A DNA stretch of 64,000 bases, taken from contig CAWCXJ010000013.1 in NCBI GenBank assembly GCA_963799485.1, positions 256,001-320,000 on the forward strand. The letters are read 5' to 3'. Source of the DNA: an uncultured Trueperaceae bacterium. Its GTDB lineage: Bacteria > Deinococcota > Deinococci > Deinococcales > Trueperaceae. Under the pieces are notes generated by a model. It saw only the letters and a list, made by a program, of their open reading frames with translations. It was not told the origin of the DNA and ran no database searches. The translations under genes were made by a program, and so were the position numbers. Shown piece after piece: positions 50,542 through 60,933 of this stretch (the first letter of the stretch is position 1; every line of letters begins with the position of its first letter).

Positions 50542-51276
50542 ATGGACTGCTGTCAAGTAGACGGACTCCGCCGCGTTTTTCGTGGTCGTCCGGTCAACCA
50601 AGAGGTCAAGGCGTTTACCCGTCACGGCCCCAACGCCCGTCAGACGGCCTTGCTCGCGGCTTTGGGCAAAGTTGATGGAACCGTCGAGGACGCGCGTGTA
50701 CTCGATATCGGGGGCGGCATCGGCGTTTTGGCGCTGAGTTTGTTGGCGCGTGGCGCAAGTGCCGCGCAGCTCGTCGAAGTCTCCCCGGCTTACCTGCGCG
50801 CGGCCCGAACGTTAGCTGCAGGGCGGGGCGTTGCTGAACAGCTCGAGCTGCTCGAGGGCGACTTCGTAACCCTGAGTGGGGTCGCGCCCGCCGATATCGT
50901 CACGCTCGACCGGGTGGTGTGCTGCTACCCCGACGCCGACGCGCTGCTGGGCAAGGCGGCGCATAAGAGCCGCCGCTGGCTGCTCTTTACCTATCCGTCC
51001 CCTTCGTGGCTGACAAGGTTTTTCCGGGGCGGTCTAAACGGCCTGATGCGGGTGCTGGGCTGGTCGTACCGGTTTTACCTGCACGACGAAACGCGCCTTC
51101 TGGCTGCCGCGCAGAGAGCGGGTCACCGGCTTGTTGCCAGACGAGACCTGGGGGTGTGGCGGTTGGTGGTGCTCGAGCGTCAGACGCTAACATTTCAAGC
51201 TAACGCTTCCCTAACTTTACTCGAACCCCGAGCAGGTAACGTAGTTGCCAGCTTTTCACACTATCTGGAGGGATAA
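50542..51276 (+). CDS. Class I SAM-dependent methyltransferase
   Basis: VLDIGGGIG, GDFV and LDRVVCCYP motifs; TATCGT-N6-ATG start. Confidence 0.85.
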   Translation: MDCCQVDGLRRVFRGRPVNQEVKAFTRHGPNARQTALLAALGKVDGTVEDARVLDIGGGIGVLALSLLARGASAAQLVEVSPAYLRAARTLAAGRGVAEQLELLEGDFVTLSGVAPADIVTLDRVVCCYPDADALLGKAAHKSRRWLLFTYPSPSWLTRFFRGGLNGLMRVLGWSYRFYLHDETRLLAAAQRAGHRLVARRDLGVWRLVVLERQTLTFQANASLTLLEPRAGNVVASFSHYLEG

Positions 51277-52166
51277 TGAAAAAATTTTCGGTACTGCTGA
51301 CCATCTCCTGGTGTCTCTTGCTGAGCGCCGCATTCGGATCGGCCCAAGTTGAAGAGCGTGCTGCTGAACCCGTCGTCATCGGTTCAGCGAATTTTGCCGA
51401 AAGCGAACTCTTGGCAGAAATTTTCGCGCAAGCCTTGGAAGCCAACGACGTCACTGTCGAGCGGAACTTCGACTTGGGTTCACGTGAGGTCTACCTCGAG
51501 GCGCTCAAGGAGGGCAAGATCGACCTGGTGCCCGAATATTTGGGTTCCGCACTTCGTTATCTGAGTGGCGACGCGGCGGCGGGCAACCCTACGGCTGCGG
51601 CTACCCAGAAAGCCCTGCAAAAAGCGCTTCAGGAGACCGAGCTGCAGGCGCTTGGTTACGCTAAAGCCGAAAATACCAACGTGGTCGTCGTGACGCAGGC
51701 ACTCGCCGACAAATACGACCTCACCAATATCAGCGACTTGCAAAACGCCGCTGATAAGTTGGTCTTTGGCGGCTCAGCCGAGTGTATGGAACGGATTGCG
51801 TGTTACCGGGGTCTTACCGACGTTTACAAGCTACAGTTTCGCGCGGTCAAGACGTTGGATACCGCCGGCCCCGACACTGTTAAAGCCCTAGCGGACGGTG
51901 AGGTGGACGTTACGTTTTTGTTTAGCACGCAGGGCGTCATCGCCGAACGGGGCTTTGTGATTTTGGCGGACGACCAGGGCACACAACCTGCGGAAAACAT
52001 CGTACCCGTCGTCCGTACAAAAACGGTTACAGACTTGGGAGAGCGCCTTACAAGTCCGCTCGACGCGGTGACCCAAAGGTTAACGACCGACGAACTGCGG
52101 GCGCTCAACACGCGTCTAGATGAGGGTATGGCGTTAAAAGAGGTCGCGCGGACATGGCTGGAGTAG
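51276..52166 (+). CDS. Glycine betaine/osmoprotectant ABC substrate-binding protein
   Basis: Signal peptide; GSANFAESE, VPEYLGS and PAENIVP motifs; GGAGG RBS. Confidence 0.9.
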   Translation: MKKFSVLLTISWCLLLSAAFGSAQVEERAAEPVVIGSANFAESELLAEIFAQALEANDVTVERNFDLGSREVYLEALKEGKIDLVPEYLGSALRYLSGDAAAGNPTAAATQKALQKALQETELQALGYAKAENTNVVVVTQALADKYDLTNISDLQNAADKLVFGGSAECMERIACYRGLTDVYKLQFRAVKTLDTAGPDTVKALADGEVDVTFLFSTQGVIAERGFVILADDQGTQPAENIVPVVRTKTVTDLGERLTSPLDAVTQRLTTDELRALNTRLDEGMALKEVARTWLE

Positions 52167-52279
52167 CGGGTAAAACAACCCGGAAGCAGGCCGACTGTAA
52201 CCGACACCAGGACCAAAACTCTGCTGCGGCCTACTTTACAAAAGTCGCGCTGCGCTAAGCTGAACCTTTGGAGGTCACC

Positions 52280-52654
52280 GTGGGACTTTTCGATAATTTG
52301 TTGGGCAACGCCTCAGAAGTTGACGCCGGCAAGCTCGAGGATGAATTCAAAACGCTGCTGGCGAAAGGCGAACAGATTGAACACGCCTACCGCTTGTTTC
52401 GTGATCTGCTCGTCTTTACCAACAAACGCTTTATCACCGTTGACAAAGAAGGTACCGGCAAGAAACGAACCTATACGTCGGTGCCGTATAGCAGCATCAC
52501 CAAGTTCGCCAAAGAGAGTTCAGCGCGCTTTGAAACGGACGCGGCGATTACGCTGTGGGTTCGGGGCGACCCTGAGCCAACCGCGCTCGAGTTCGGCAGA
52601 GACAAGAGCATCGACGACGTTTACCGGGTGCTCAGCACCTATATCTTGCGGTAG
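52280..52654 (+). CDS. Bacterial PH-domain protein
   Basis: GLFDNLLGNA..RDLLVFTNKR..DKEG..K..Y.S.PY pattern; GGAGG RBS. Confidence 0.88.
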   Translation: MGLFDNLLGNASEVDAGKLEDEFKTLLAKGEQIEHAYRLFRDLLVFTNKRFITVDKEGTGKKRTYTSVPYSSITKFAKESSARFETDAAITLWVRGDPEPTALEFGRDKSIDDVYRVLSTYILR

Positions 52655-53120
52655 CTGTGGCGTTGGGAGGTAACCCTCGAGCAGCAGTCGATAGGCCAAA
52701 GCACGTCACCTGCTCGCTTTAACCCTCACCGCTCGCGTAGCCTTAGCAAGCAGGCTGTCACCGACAGCAGATGCGTCGTAAGCGCCCGATTAAAAACGGA
52801 TAGGACAACTGCTTACCAAAGCGAACTTTAGACAGAAGCCTGTTTCCCGGTTGTCGGGACGCCGTAAACGGTCATGTAGCGGCAGACGAAACGCTGCAGG
52901 CTTTGGCTCGCGAGGTCAAAAAACGGTTTTAGCGCCGAGGTTGACGACGACCTCGAGCGCCCGGTGCCGGAAGACACCAAGGTCGGTAAATACCGTTGGC
53001 TCGGTTCCGCACAGCTCGATGTTCCAAAAAACCGCGCATCGGACGATCAAGCTGTTTTACGTCTCGTTGGGAGCGCTCCGGCTCTCAACCCGCCAAAAGA
53101 CGACGGCCTATACTAAACTT

Positions 53121-53849
53121 ATGCTCATTTACGGAAAACAAGCCGTCACCGAAGCCCTGCAAGAAGGTTCAGCCGAACGGGTATTCGTCGCGCACGGCGT
53201 CCAGCCCGGAACGCTCAAACAGCTCCAGACCTTGGCCCGTAAAGCCGACGCCGACTTTCAGCTCGTTCCCCGCACGCAGCTCGACCAGACCCTAAAAACC
53301 ACGCGGCATCAGGGCATCGCCGCCGAGCTTCCCGACTTGCAATACGCCGAACCGGACGCACCTTTCAAACTAGCTGAGACTCGCGGAGAGGCACCTTTAC
53401 TCGTCTTGCTCGACCAGATTACCGACCCGCACAATTACGGCGCGATCATCCGCAGCGCCGAGGTCTTGGGCGCGCACGGCGTCGTCACCGAAGAACGGCG
53501 GAGCGCAGGGTTGTCGGCGGTCGTGGCAAAGGTTTCTGCCGGGGCGAGCAGCCATCTGCCGCTCGTACAGGTGAAAAATCTGCCGCGTTATATGGACCAG
53601 CTCAAAGAACGGGGCGTGTGGCTTTACGGCGCGTCGGGTGAGGCGAGCTTGCGCCCGGAGCAGATCGACTGGGACAGACCCGCGGCGCTCGTCATCGGGT
53701 CTGAAGGAACGGGGATGCGGCGGCTCGTGCGGGACAAGTGCGACGACCTCATCGCCATCCCCATGCGCGGCAAGGTAGCGTCGTTGAACGCATCGGTAGC
53801 AGCGGGAATTTTGCTGTATGCGGTGGTGGGCGCGAGACCAAAGCAGTAG
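53121..53849 (+). CDS. rlmB: 23S rRNA Gm2251 methyltransferase (SpoU/TrmH)
   Basis: HQGI, LDQITDPHNYGAIIRSA, GSEGTG and SLNASVAAG motifs; TATACT-N6-ATG start. Confidence 0.92.
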   Translation: MLIYGKQAVTEALQEGSAERVFVAHGVQPGTLKQLQTLARKADADFQLVPRTQLDQTLKTTRHQGIAAELPDLQYAEPDAPFKLAETRGEAPLLVLLDQITDPHNYGAIIRSAEVLGAHGVVTEERRSAGLSAVVAKVSAGASSHLPLVQVKNLPRYMDQLKERGVWLYGASGEASLRPEQIDWDRPAALVIGSEGTGMRRLVRDKCDDLIAIPMRGKVASLNASVAAGILLYAVVGARPKQ

Positions 53850-53885
53850 CCCTAACCGCCGGGCACGCCTCCCCTTCGTTGCAAT

Positions 53886-53913
53886 TTTCACAGGAAGACT
53901 TTCACAGGAAGAC
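53886..53913. repeat. Perfect 14-bp tandem duplication
   Basis: TTTCACAGGAAGAC twice. Confidence 0.85.
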
Positions 53914-54137
53914 ATAGACCCCGCTGCGACACCTCGTGGGCAGCAGGGAGTCTCCGTAGGACAGGTCATCTGGCCGGGCTCGGCACAGGTCTTGCCGATC
54001 GGCACGCAAATGACACTTGGGGCAAGCTCTCGTGGAAATGCCACTGCAGTTGTGCGGCTCGCGGCGCGTTGACGCGCAAGGCAGGTTTTTACGAACTCGA
54101 GTCGAAAAACGTCTAGGGACAGGTGCCGAGCCGTGCG

Positions 54138-55535
54138 CTACAGGTCGCGGGCAAATCCCGTCAGCAGCGCCGCACTTACCTCGATGCCCTTGTAGTAGTT
54201 GACCAAGTCGAATTTCTCGTTCGGCGAGTGCGCCCGGTCGCTCTCCAAACCCAGCCCCACAAACACCACGTCCGCTCTCAAAACGTTTTGAAAGGTGCTG
54301 CCGACCGGAATCGTCCCACCGGTCCGGGCAAAGACCGTTTCTTTGCCGTAAACCCCGGCGAGCGCGCGGCCCGCCGCCTGCACCGCCTTCGACGTGAGCG
54401 GCGTCAGCACGCCGTCACCGCCGTGCAGGTCGATAACCTCTACGCTCAACCCTTCAGGGACGATAGACCGGAGGTAAGCCGTAAGTTTTTGCGCGATCTC
54501 TTGCGGGGTTTGATTCGGCACCAGCCGGCACGAAATCTTTGCTACTGCCCCAGACGCGATCACCGTTTTTGAACCCTCGCCCTGAAAGCCGCCACCGATG
54601 CCGTTGCAATCCAAAGTCGGGCGCGCCCAGAGGCGCTCGAGCACCGTGTAACCTGCCTCTCCCGGCAACGCGCCGACCCCTAGCGCTTCAGCCAAAGCTT
54701 GTTCGCTAAAAGGAGCCCGCTTGAACACTTCGCGCTCTTCGGGCGTAATGTCGATAACCGCGTCGTAGAATCCCGGTACCGCGACCCGGCCCGCGTCGTC
54801 GTGCAAAGCCGCAATCATCTTCGCAAGGCCGTTGATGGGGTTAGGGGCTGCGCCGCCGAACGCGCCCGAGTGCAAATCCATTACGGCACCCCGAACGTGA
54901 ACCTCGAGATACGCGAGCCCCTTGAGGCCGTAGGTGATCGTCGGGGTTTCAGGAGCAGCCATCGCACCGTCGGAGATTAACACCACGTCGCAAGAGAGCA
55001 AGTCGGCATGAGATTCGATAAAGGGCACGAGGTTCGGGCTGCCGATCTCTTCTTCGCCCTCGATTAAAAATTTGACGTTGAGGGGCAGCGTCCCGGTCTC
55101 GGAGAGAAGCGCCTCGACCCCTTTAAGGTGAGCGAATATCTGCCCTTTGTCGTCGGACGCGCCCCTGGCGTAGAGCACGCCGTCCCGCACCGTCGGTTCA
55201 AAGGGTGGCGTTGTCCACAGTGCTAACGGCTCGGGCGGTTGTACGTCGTAGTGACCGTAAATCAAGACGGTCGGGGCTGTACCGGAAACATGTCTTTCGG
55301 CGTAAACGACCGGGTGGCGGGCTGTAGCGTAAAGTTCGGCGGCAAAGCCTAGTGCGCTAAGCTGCTGCAACACAAAGTCGGCGGCGCGGCGCACATCGTC
55401 TTTATGCTGCGGCGCGGTGCTGACCGACGGAATCCGGAGAAAATCGCGGAGTTCGGCTAACAGCCGGTTGCTCGAGGCTTCGATGTAGGGTTGGTAATCA
55501 CCGGTTTTGTAGTTGCTGCTTTTGGCGTCGCTCAT
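54138..55535 (-). CDS. M20 family dipeptidase
   Basis: YGHYDVQP, ARGASDDKG, EGEEEIGS, DLHSG and HSPNE motifs. Confidence 0.95.
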   Translation of the reverse strand: MSDAKSSNYKTGDYQPYIEASSNRLLAELRDFLRIPSVSTAPQHKDDVRRAADFVLQQLSALGFAAELYATARHPVVYAERHVSGTAPTVLIYGHYDVQPPEPLALWTTPPFEPTVRDGVLYARGASDDKGQIFAHLKGVEALLSETGTLPLNVKFLIEGEEEIGSPNLVPFIESHADLLSCDVVLISDGAMAAPETPTITYGLKGLAYLEVHVRGAVMDLHSGAFGGAAPNPINGLAKMIAALHDDAGRVAVPGFYDAVIDITPEEREVFKRAPFSEQALAEALGVGALPGEAGYTVLERLWARPTLDCNGIGGGFQGEGSKTVIASGAVAKISCRLVPNQTPQEIAQKLTAYLRSIVPEGLSVEVIDLHGGDGVLTPLTSKAVQAAGRALAGVYGKETVFARTGGTIPVGSTFQNVLRADVVFVGLGLESDRAHSPNEKFDLVNYYKGIEVSAALLTGFARDL

Positions 55536-55561
55536 CCGCCGAGTATAACGCCGATTTCAAG

Positions 55562-55984
<423 letters not shown>

Positions 55985-55997
55985 CGTTTCCTCCCTG

Positions 55998-56951
55998 CTA
56001 ACTCAGCGCGTTCCGGACACGCCGCCAGAGACCACCCCAGAGGTCGGTTTGCAGCGTCAGGATGAGGTCGCCCTCGCCCAGACCGCCGCCCGGAACGCGC
56101 AGCGTGTCACCGGGGCTCGAGCCCGGCGGTACCGTTACAAGAACGCCCAGCGCGGTCGTCTCGAGGCCGCGCGCCGCCTCAAAAGGTAAGACCGTCAGAG
56201 GTGCCCGCAGCGTACCATCTGCCGAGAGCGTCGCGCCCGGTGGCAGCTGCACGCTGAGGTCGACGTAGGCGTCGCCGGGGGGGCGACCGGGACCACCCAA
56301 GCCTTTAAGCTTGAGGCGCAGATCGTTTTTACGCAGCGGCGGCACCGTGACTTCGACGCTGTTGCCGCCCCGCGAAATGCCCCGTCCGCCGCAAACCTCG
56401 CAGAACCCGGCGGCATTTTGCCCCGTACCGCCACAGGTCGCGCAGACGCTCGGCCCCGGTATGTGAACGCGCCGCTGCGCGCCCGCTCTCGCCTCGGCAA
56501 GGCTCAGCGAGAGCGCAACCTCGCGGTCTTCACCGGGCAGCAGGCCCGACGAACGCATCATTCCTGCCATCACCCCGAAAAGCGCGTCGAACATCGCATT
56601 GCCGGTGCGCGGCGCAGCCTGCTGCCGGCTCCAGTCGATCTTGATGTCCGCCTCTTGAAAAACGCTCTGCCAGTCGACGGTGCTGAAGTCGGGGCGACCG
56701 TACCCGACCGGGCCACTCGTACCGGAACCTGCCGTACCGTAACGGTCGAAGCGCGCCCGCAGTTCGGGATCGCGGAGCGTGGCGTAAGCTTCGGAAATCT
56801 CCTTAAACCGCTCCTCTGCCTCGCGGCTGCCGGCGTTGCGGTCGGGGTGATAGCGTAACGCCAGCTTGCGGTACGCCGCCTTGATCTCGGCGGCGTCAGC
56901 GGTGCGGGCCACACCTAGCGTCGTGTAAGGGTCGGTGAGCGTCCGTGTCAC
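55998..56951 (-). CDS. dnaJ: DnaJ-class co-chaperone with two CxxCxGxG repeats
   Basis: J-domain with [11 protein letters not shown] and CEVCGGRG; C-terminal DnaJ_C. Confidence 0.88.
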   Translation of the reverse strand: MTRTLTDPYTTLGVARTADAAEIKAAYRKLALRYHPDRNAGSREAEERFKEISEAYATLRDPELRARFDRYGTAGSGTSGPVGYGRPDFSTVDWQSVFQEADIKIDWSRQQAAPRTGNAMFDALFGVMAGMMRSSGLLPGEDREVALSLSLAEARAGAQRRVHIPGPSVCATCGGTGQNAAGFCEVCGGRGISRGGNSVEVTVPPLRKNDLRLKLKGLGGPGRPPGDAYVDLSVQLPPGATLSADGTLRAPLTVLPFEAARGLETTALGVLVTVPPGSSPGDTLRVPGGGLGEGDLILTLQTDLWGGLWRRVRNALS

Positions 56952-56969
56952 TTGTAGAAGTATATATTA

Positions 56970-56990
56970 CTTGAGTGTGAGAGAGTCAAA
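56970..56990. promoter_or_regulatory. HAIR (HspR operator) at the dnaJ-hspR promoter
   Basis: CTTGAGT-N7-AGTCAAA against consensus CTTGAGT-N7-ACTCAAG. Confidence 0.8.
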
Positions 56991-57015
56991 TTGTCCGACA
57001 TGATTTGTCGGACAA
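56991..57015. repeat. Perfect 10-bp inverted repeat / paired TGTC-N-GACA boxes
   Basis: TTGTCCGACA-TGATT-TGTCGGACAA. Confidence 0.75.
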
Positions 57016-57174
57016 GAGTCTGCCGGGCGAGGGTTTGTCAGGTGGGGGTTCGTCAGGCAGTGCCCCGGAACCGTAGCGCAGCTGTTAGAAGCGCAGCTAC
57101 CCGGAACTCGAGCGTCCGAAACGCAACCCCAACCCGCGCCCCGGCTTGGTACTATGCTCGCTAAAGGAGACACT

Positions 57175-57528
57175 ATGAAACACAACAAAAAGTGGGCCTC
57201 TATCAGGCGCTCACTCGGACTCTCGCTTCTGCTCGTCGTGCTTTTGCTCGCAGGCTGCCGTAACGAAACGCAAAACCGCATTCGCCGCGACCTTCAGGAC
57301 TTTACCGGCAGGCGTATGTACATTACGGTCTACGCCCTTGACGGCACCCCTGTTCATCAGGGCCTGGTCGACGGTCAGGTCACGCGCTCCGTGTCGGAAG
57401 TAACCAACGGGGCCGCAACCGAAACCGCCGCCTACGTCTACTGGTTCGACCCGTCCGGGCAATACTTTCAAACCGACATGCAGTATCTGCTGTCGTCAAA
57501 ACCGCAACCCGGTCAAGAAGCGCCGTAG
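57175..57528 (+). CDS. Hypothetical lipoprotein
   Basis: LAGC lipobox; AAGGAG RBS. Confidence 0.8.
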   Translation: MKHNKKWASIRRSLGLSLLLVVLLLAGCRNETQNRIRRDLQDFTGRRMYITVYALDGTPVHQGLVDGQVTRSVSEVTNGAATETAAYVYWFDPSGQYFQTDMQYLLSSKPQPGQEAP

Positions 57529-57680
57529 TGGTCTCTCCAGTGGGGTGTTCGGCGACGCAGCTGCTTTTCCGTTACCCCGCTCGCACTCGTGAAAGATTTC
57601 CTTTTTAGATGAAGCTTTCCGCTGCTTTTGTTGAGGTTTTTCCACGTTGGCCTTTAACAAAGGCTTGTTAGACTACCCGG

Positions 57681-58157
57681 ATGAAACCCTTTTTAGCTGT
57701 TCTCACTTTAGGGCTGACGCTGAGTTTTGCCCTCGGCGCTTGCACGTTCTATGTCAACCCGGAACCCGAAGCGTCCGTGCGGGTGCGTCCGCTGCCGGAA
57801 ATCCGCGCGTCGCAACCCGAAATCGTCGTTACCGAAGCGCCGGTCATTACCGACTTCGCCCCGACGCGGGGAGCCGGGTCGGTTTACGCGCTGGGTGAAG
57901 AGATTCGCTTTCAGGTGCGGAGTACAGGTGGGTATGCGACGCTTACGGTGACGGGGCCGGACGGCAGCACCTCGGTTCTGGCCCAAAGCGTTTATATTCA
58001 AGGCAGCACCGACGTCTATCTGCCGACGCCGGAGCAGCGCGTGACGTATACCCTTGCGCCACCTCGAGGTTTACAGCGGGCGACCCTGAGCTTGACGAGC
58101 GACGCTTCTGGTTCTTCTGTTGGGGACACCGCCGAAACCACCTTTTATATTCAGTAG
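57681..58157 (+). CDS. Lipoprotein with a DUF4384-like Ig domain
   Basis: LGAC lipobox; Y.LGE.I.F.V...GY.TL pattern; TAGACT-N6-ATG start. Confidence 0.75.
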   Translation: MKPFLAVLTLGLTLSFALGACTFYVNPEPEASVRVRPLPEIRASQPEIVVTEAPVITDFAPTRGAGSVYALGEEIRFQVRSTGGYATLTVTGPDGSTSVLAQSVYIQGSTDVYLPTPEQRVTYTLAPPRGLQRATLSLTSDASGSSVGDTAETTFYIQ

Positions 58158-58158
58158 C

Positions 58159-59211
58159 GTGCGGTTTTGGTTGTTAGTGCTGCTGACGTTGACGACGGGG
58201 CGCGCGGCCCCCTACGCGCCGCTCCCTGCCGACACCGGGCTCGAGGCCGCCCTGCTCACCCTTACCAATGAGGCGCGCGCTGAAAACGGGGTCGGGGTGC
58301 TCGCGCCCGACGAACGCCTCGCGCAGGCCGCACGTCACCACGCTGAGGAAATGGCGCGCCTCGGCTATTTTTCGCACACCTCACCCGTCGCCGCAAATGC
58401 GACCCTGAGCAGGCGCGTCGCCCGGAGCGGCTCTTTTATCGGGACGCTCGGCGAGAATCTGGCGCTGGTCGGGGACACCGATACGGCCCAAGTAACGACG
58501 ACGGGGTGGCTGGAGAGCCCCGGACACCGCGCGAATCTGCTCGACCCGCAGTTTACGCACGTCGGTTTCGGCAGCGCGCAACTTCCGGACGGACGCGTCG
58601 TCGTCGCGCAGGTTTTGGGGTATCAACCCGCACCCTTGAAGAGTGCGCAGGTCGTGTCGGTGCTGCGTGAAGTGCCGACGCTTACAGCCACCGTCTCACT
58701 CTCTTCGCCTGCTGAAATCGCCCTCTTTTACGCCGATAAAAGCAGCGTCCCGGAAACGTTGGGAGCCGGTACACAGACTTTGGAGGTACCGCTAGGCGAA
58801 CGCCCAACCCTGCCACTTGCCGTGCAACTCGGCCTCCGCAGCAGCGGCGCGGCCGGTGGGTTTGTCCTGCAAGACGACGGCTGGTTGAATCCGGACGGGT
58901 TTACGCGTTCGGGTGAGGTCTCAGGCGAGTACGCGCAGCTGCTCGGGGTGACGCTGCTAGAAAAACCGGAACGCGGCTTAGAGCTTCAGCTCTCATTCTC
59001 GCGAACACCGCCTCCCGGTCTCAGCGCGTGGCAAGGGAGCACCTTGCTGCCGCTTGAACTGACCGGCGAACGGGCGAGCGTCACCTTGACCGGGCTCGAT
59101 GCAGAACCCATCTACGTCGGCGAAGCCCAAGCAGATGGGCGCTACCACGCTGCGTTTGGCTTTAGGCCGAACTTTGAAGGGATTCCGTCGGTCGCTCCGC
59201 TGGGGGATTGA
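58159..59211 (+). CDS. Secreted CAP/SCP-domain protein
   Basis: LTNEAR, AARHHAEEM..YFSH, GENLA and WLESPGHRANLL motifs. Confidence 0.9.
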   Translation: MRFWLLVLLTLTTGRAAPYAPLPADTGLEAALLTLTNEARAENGVGVLAPDERLAQAARHHAEEMARLGYFSHTSPVAANATLSRRVARSGSFIGTLGENLALVGDTDTAQVTTTGWLESPGHRANLLDPQFTHVGFGSAQLPDGRVVVAQVLGYQPAPLKSAQVVSVLREVPTLTATVSLSSPAEIALFYADKSSVPETLGAGTQTLEVPLGERPTLPLAVQLGLRSSGAAGGFVLQDDGWLNPDGFTRSGEVSGEYAQLLGVTLLEKPERGLELQLSFSRTPPPGLSAWQGSTLLPLELTGERASVTLTGLDAEPIYVGEAQADGRYHAAFGFRPNFEGIPSVAPLGD

Positions 59212-59319
59212 CACGCTAGTTCGACGCGCCATTTGACATCTCCGGTTTCACGAACGCGGTCTCAAGCTTTATACTTGATAGAGCACGGGCGACGAACGTG
59301 AGCCGGAGGAGTCAGGGTT

Positions 59320-60036
59320 ATGGCAGGTCACAGCAAATGGTCACAGATCAAACGCAAAAAGGCCGTAAACGATAAAAATCGCGGCAAGATTATCAGCAAG
59401 CATATTCGGGCGATTCAGGCAGCGGTGCGGGAGGGCGGCAGCGGCGACCCCACCGCCAACTTGCCGCTTAAAAATGCCCTTGGCGCGGCTAAGGGCGACG
59501 ATGTACCGCAAGACAACATCGACCGCGCCGTCGAACGCGCGCTCGGCGAGAGCGAGGGTAACGGTTACGACGAGGTAGCCTATGAAGGTTACGGGCCTGC
59601 AGGCGTCGCGCTGCTCGTCGAAGCGCTGACCGACAACCGCAACCGCACTGTTGCCGAAGTCCGGCACGTCTTTAGCAAGCATGGCGGCAACATGTCGGGC
59701 TCGACCGCGTGGCAGTTTGAAAGCAGGGGCGTGATCGTCGTCGGCGACACCTCTGACAAGGTGCAAGAACTCGCCATCGAACTCGGTGCGGACGACCTCG
59801 AGGCCGACGAACAGCTGACTATCTATACCGGGCCGAGCGAACTGTATACGGTACTGGAGGGCTTGCAAAAGCGGGGGCTCGAGGCCGAGGTCGCGCAGCT
59901 CACCAAAGTCGCGCAAACCGAAACCGAACTGAGCTCCGGCGAAGCCGACAAACTCGTGCGGATGATCGAGGCGCTCGAAGACTTAGACGACGTACAAAAC
60001 GTCTATACCACCGCCAACTTGCAGGGGGCAGCTTAA
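59320..60036 (+). CDS. yebC: YebC/PmpR family protein
   Basis: MAGHSKW, YEGYGPAG, TDNRNRT and DDVQNVY motifs. Confidence 0.97.
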   Translation: MAGHSKWSQIKRKKAVNDKNRGKIISKHIRAIQAAVREGGSGDPTANLPLKNALGAAKGDDVPQDNIDRAVERALGESEGNGYDEVAYEGYGPAGVALLVEALTDNRNRTVAEVRHVFSKHGGNMSGSTAWQFESRGVIVVGDTSDKVQELAIELGADDLEADEQLTIYTGPSELYTVLEGLQKRGLEAEVAQLTKVAQTETELSSGEADKLVRMIEALEDLDDVQNVYTTANLQGAA

Positions 60037-60038
60037 AG

Positions 60039-60746
60039 ATGGTCGCCGCTATTCCGACCCTCACCTGGCAAGACGTCCCTAAAATGAGCTGTGCGCAGCT
60101 CCGGCAGCTGACTGTCCTCGCCACCGGACGTTACGGCTTCCGGATGCTCGACCTGATGGACACGGCAGGCGCGAGCCTCGGCGCGTTAGCCGCTCACCTC
60201 GTTCCCGAGGGGCCGGTTTTGGTTGTTGTCGGGCGGGGTCATAACGGCGGTGCGGGCATCTCGGCGGCGTGCTACTTAGCCGAGCAAGGTCGCCGCGTCT
60301 GGGTCGTCCCGACCCACGAAGCGGAAAACTATTCGGGCGTCCCCAAAGAGCAGTTGGAACGGCTCGCCGCCCACGGCAACGTGCGGGTCAAAAGCGGTCT
60401 GCCCAAGATGAAATTTGCTTGTGTGGTCGACGCGGCGGTAGGTACGGGGCTCGAGGGGCCGCCAAGGGGCCGGACGCTCGACGTGATTACCGTCTTGAAC
60501 AACCTCGGTGCGACGGTTTTATCGCTCGACGTACCGACCGGCATGAACGCCGACGACGGCAGCGTTCCCGGCGACGTGGTGCAGGCGACCGCTACGCTCG
60601 CCCTGGCACTGCCCAAACCGGGAACCGCACCGGGTGGCCCCGTCGGTGAGCTTTACGTGACCGGGCTCGGTTTCCCCGATACACTTTATCTGGATGTAGG
60701 ACTCGAGCCTTTTACCGCACCCGCGCCGTGGGGCCGCATCGTTTAG
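60039..60746 (+). CDS. nnrE: YjeF N-terminal domain, NAD(P)H-hydrate epimerase-like
   Basis: LM..AG, GRGHNGGAG, VDAAVGTG, SLDVPTG and AT.TL.L..PK motifs. Confidence 0.8.
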   Translation: MVAAIPTLTWQDVPKMSCAQLRQLTVLATGRYGFRMLDLMDTAGASLGALAAHLVPEGPVLVVVGRGHNGGAGISAACYLAEQGRRVWVVPTHEAENYSGVPKEQLERLAAHGNVRVKSGLPKMKFACVVDAAVGTGLEGPPRGRTLDVITVLNNLGATVLSLDVPTGMNADDGSVPGDVVQATATLALALPKPGTAPGGPVGELYVTGLGFPDTLYLDVGLEPFTAPAPWGRIV

Positions 60747-60933
60747 CCTTCTTACGAGAGGGTGACGTCAACAGCACCGCGAAATGTATGTGCTTTCGGG
60801 CAACGCTCGCGCCGGACTCGTACTGGCGCGGCGCGCCGGCTGATGACTGCCCTACAAGGCTGCGAACACGCCCGGTAGACAAAACGCGCTGGACGTAAAC
60901 ATCCAGCGCGAGGCTCATCCGTTTTAGCAGGGC

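Noticed and set aside
50542..51276. Calling the methyltransferase BchM/ChlM
   Set aside because: No chlorophyll biosynthesis genes nearby; only generic class I motifs
52858..52932. Possible GGDEF remnant (NGHVAADETLQALAREVKKRF)
   Set aside because: Too short and lacks the GGDEF and DxDxFK motifs; may be chance
52851..53120. 90-aa N-terminal extension of RlmB in the ORF track
   Set aside because: Not protein-like; TATACT-N6-ATG marks 53121 as the start
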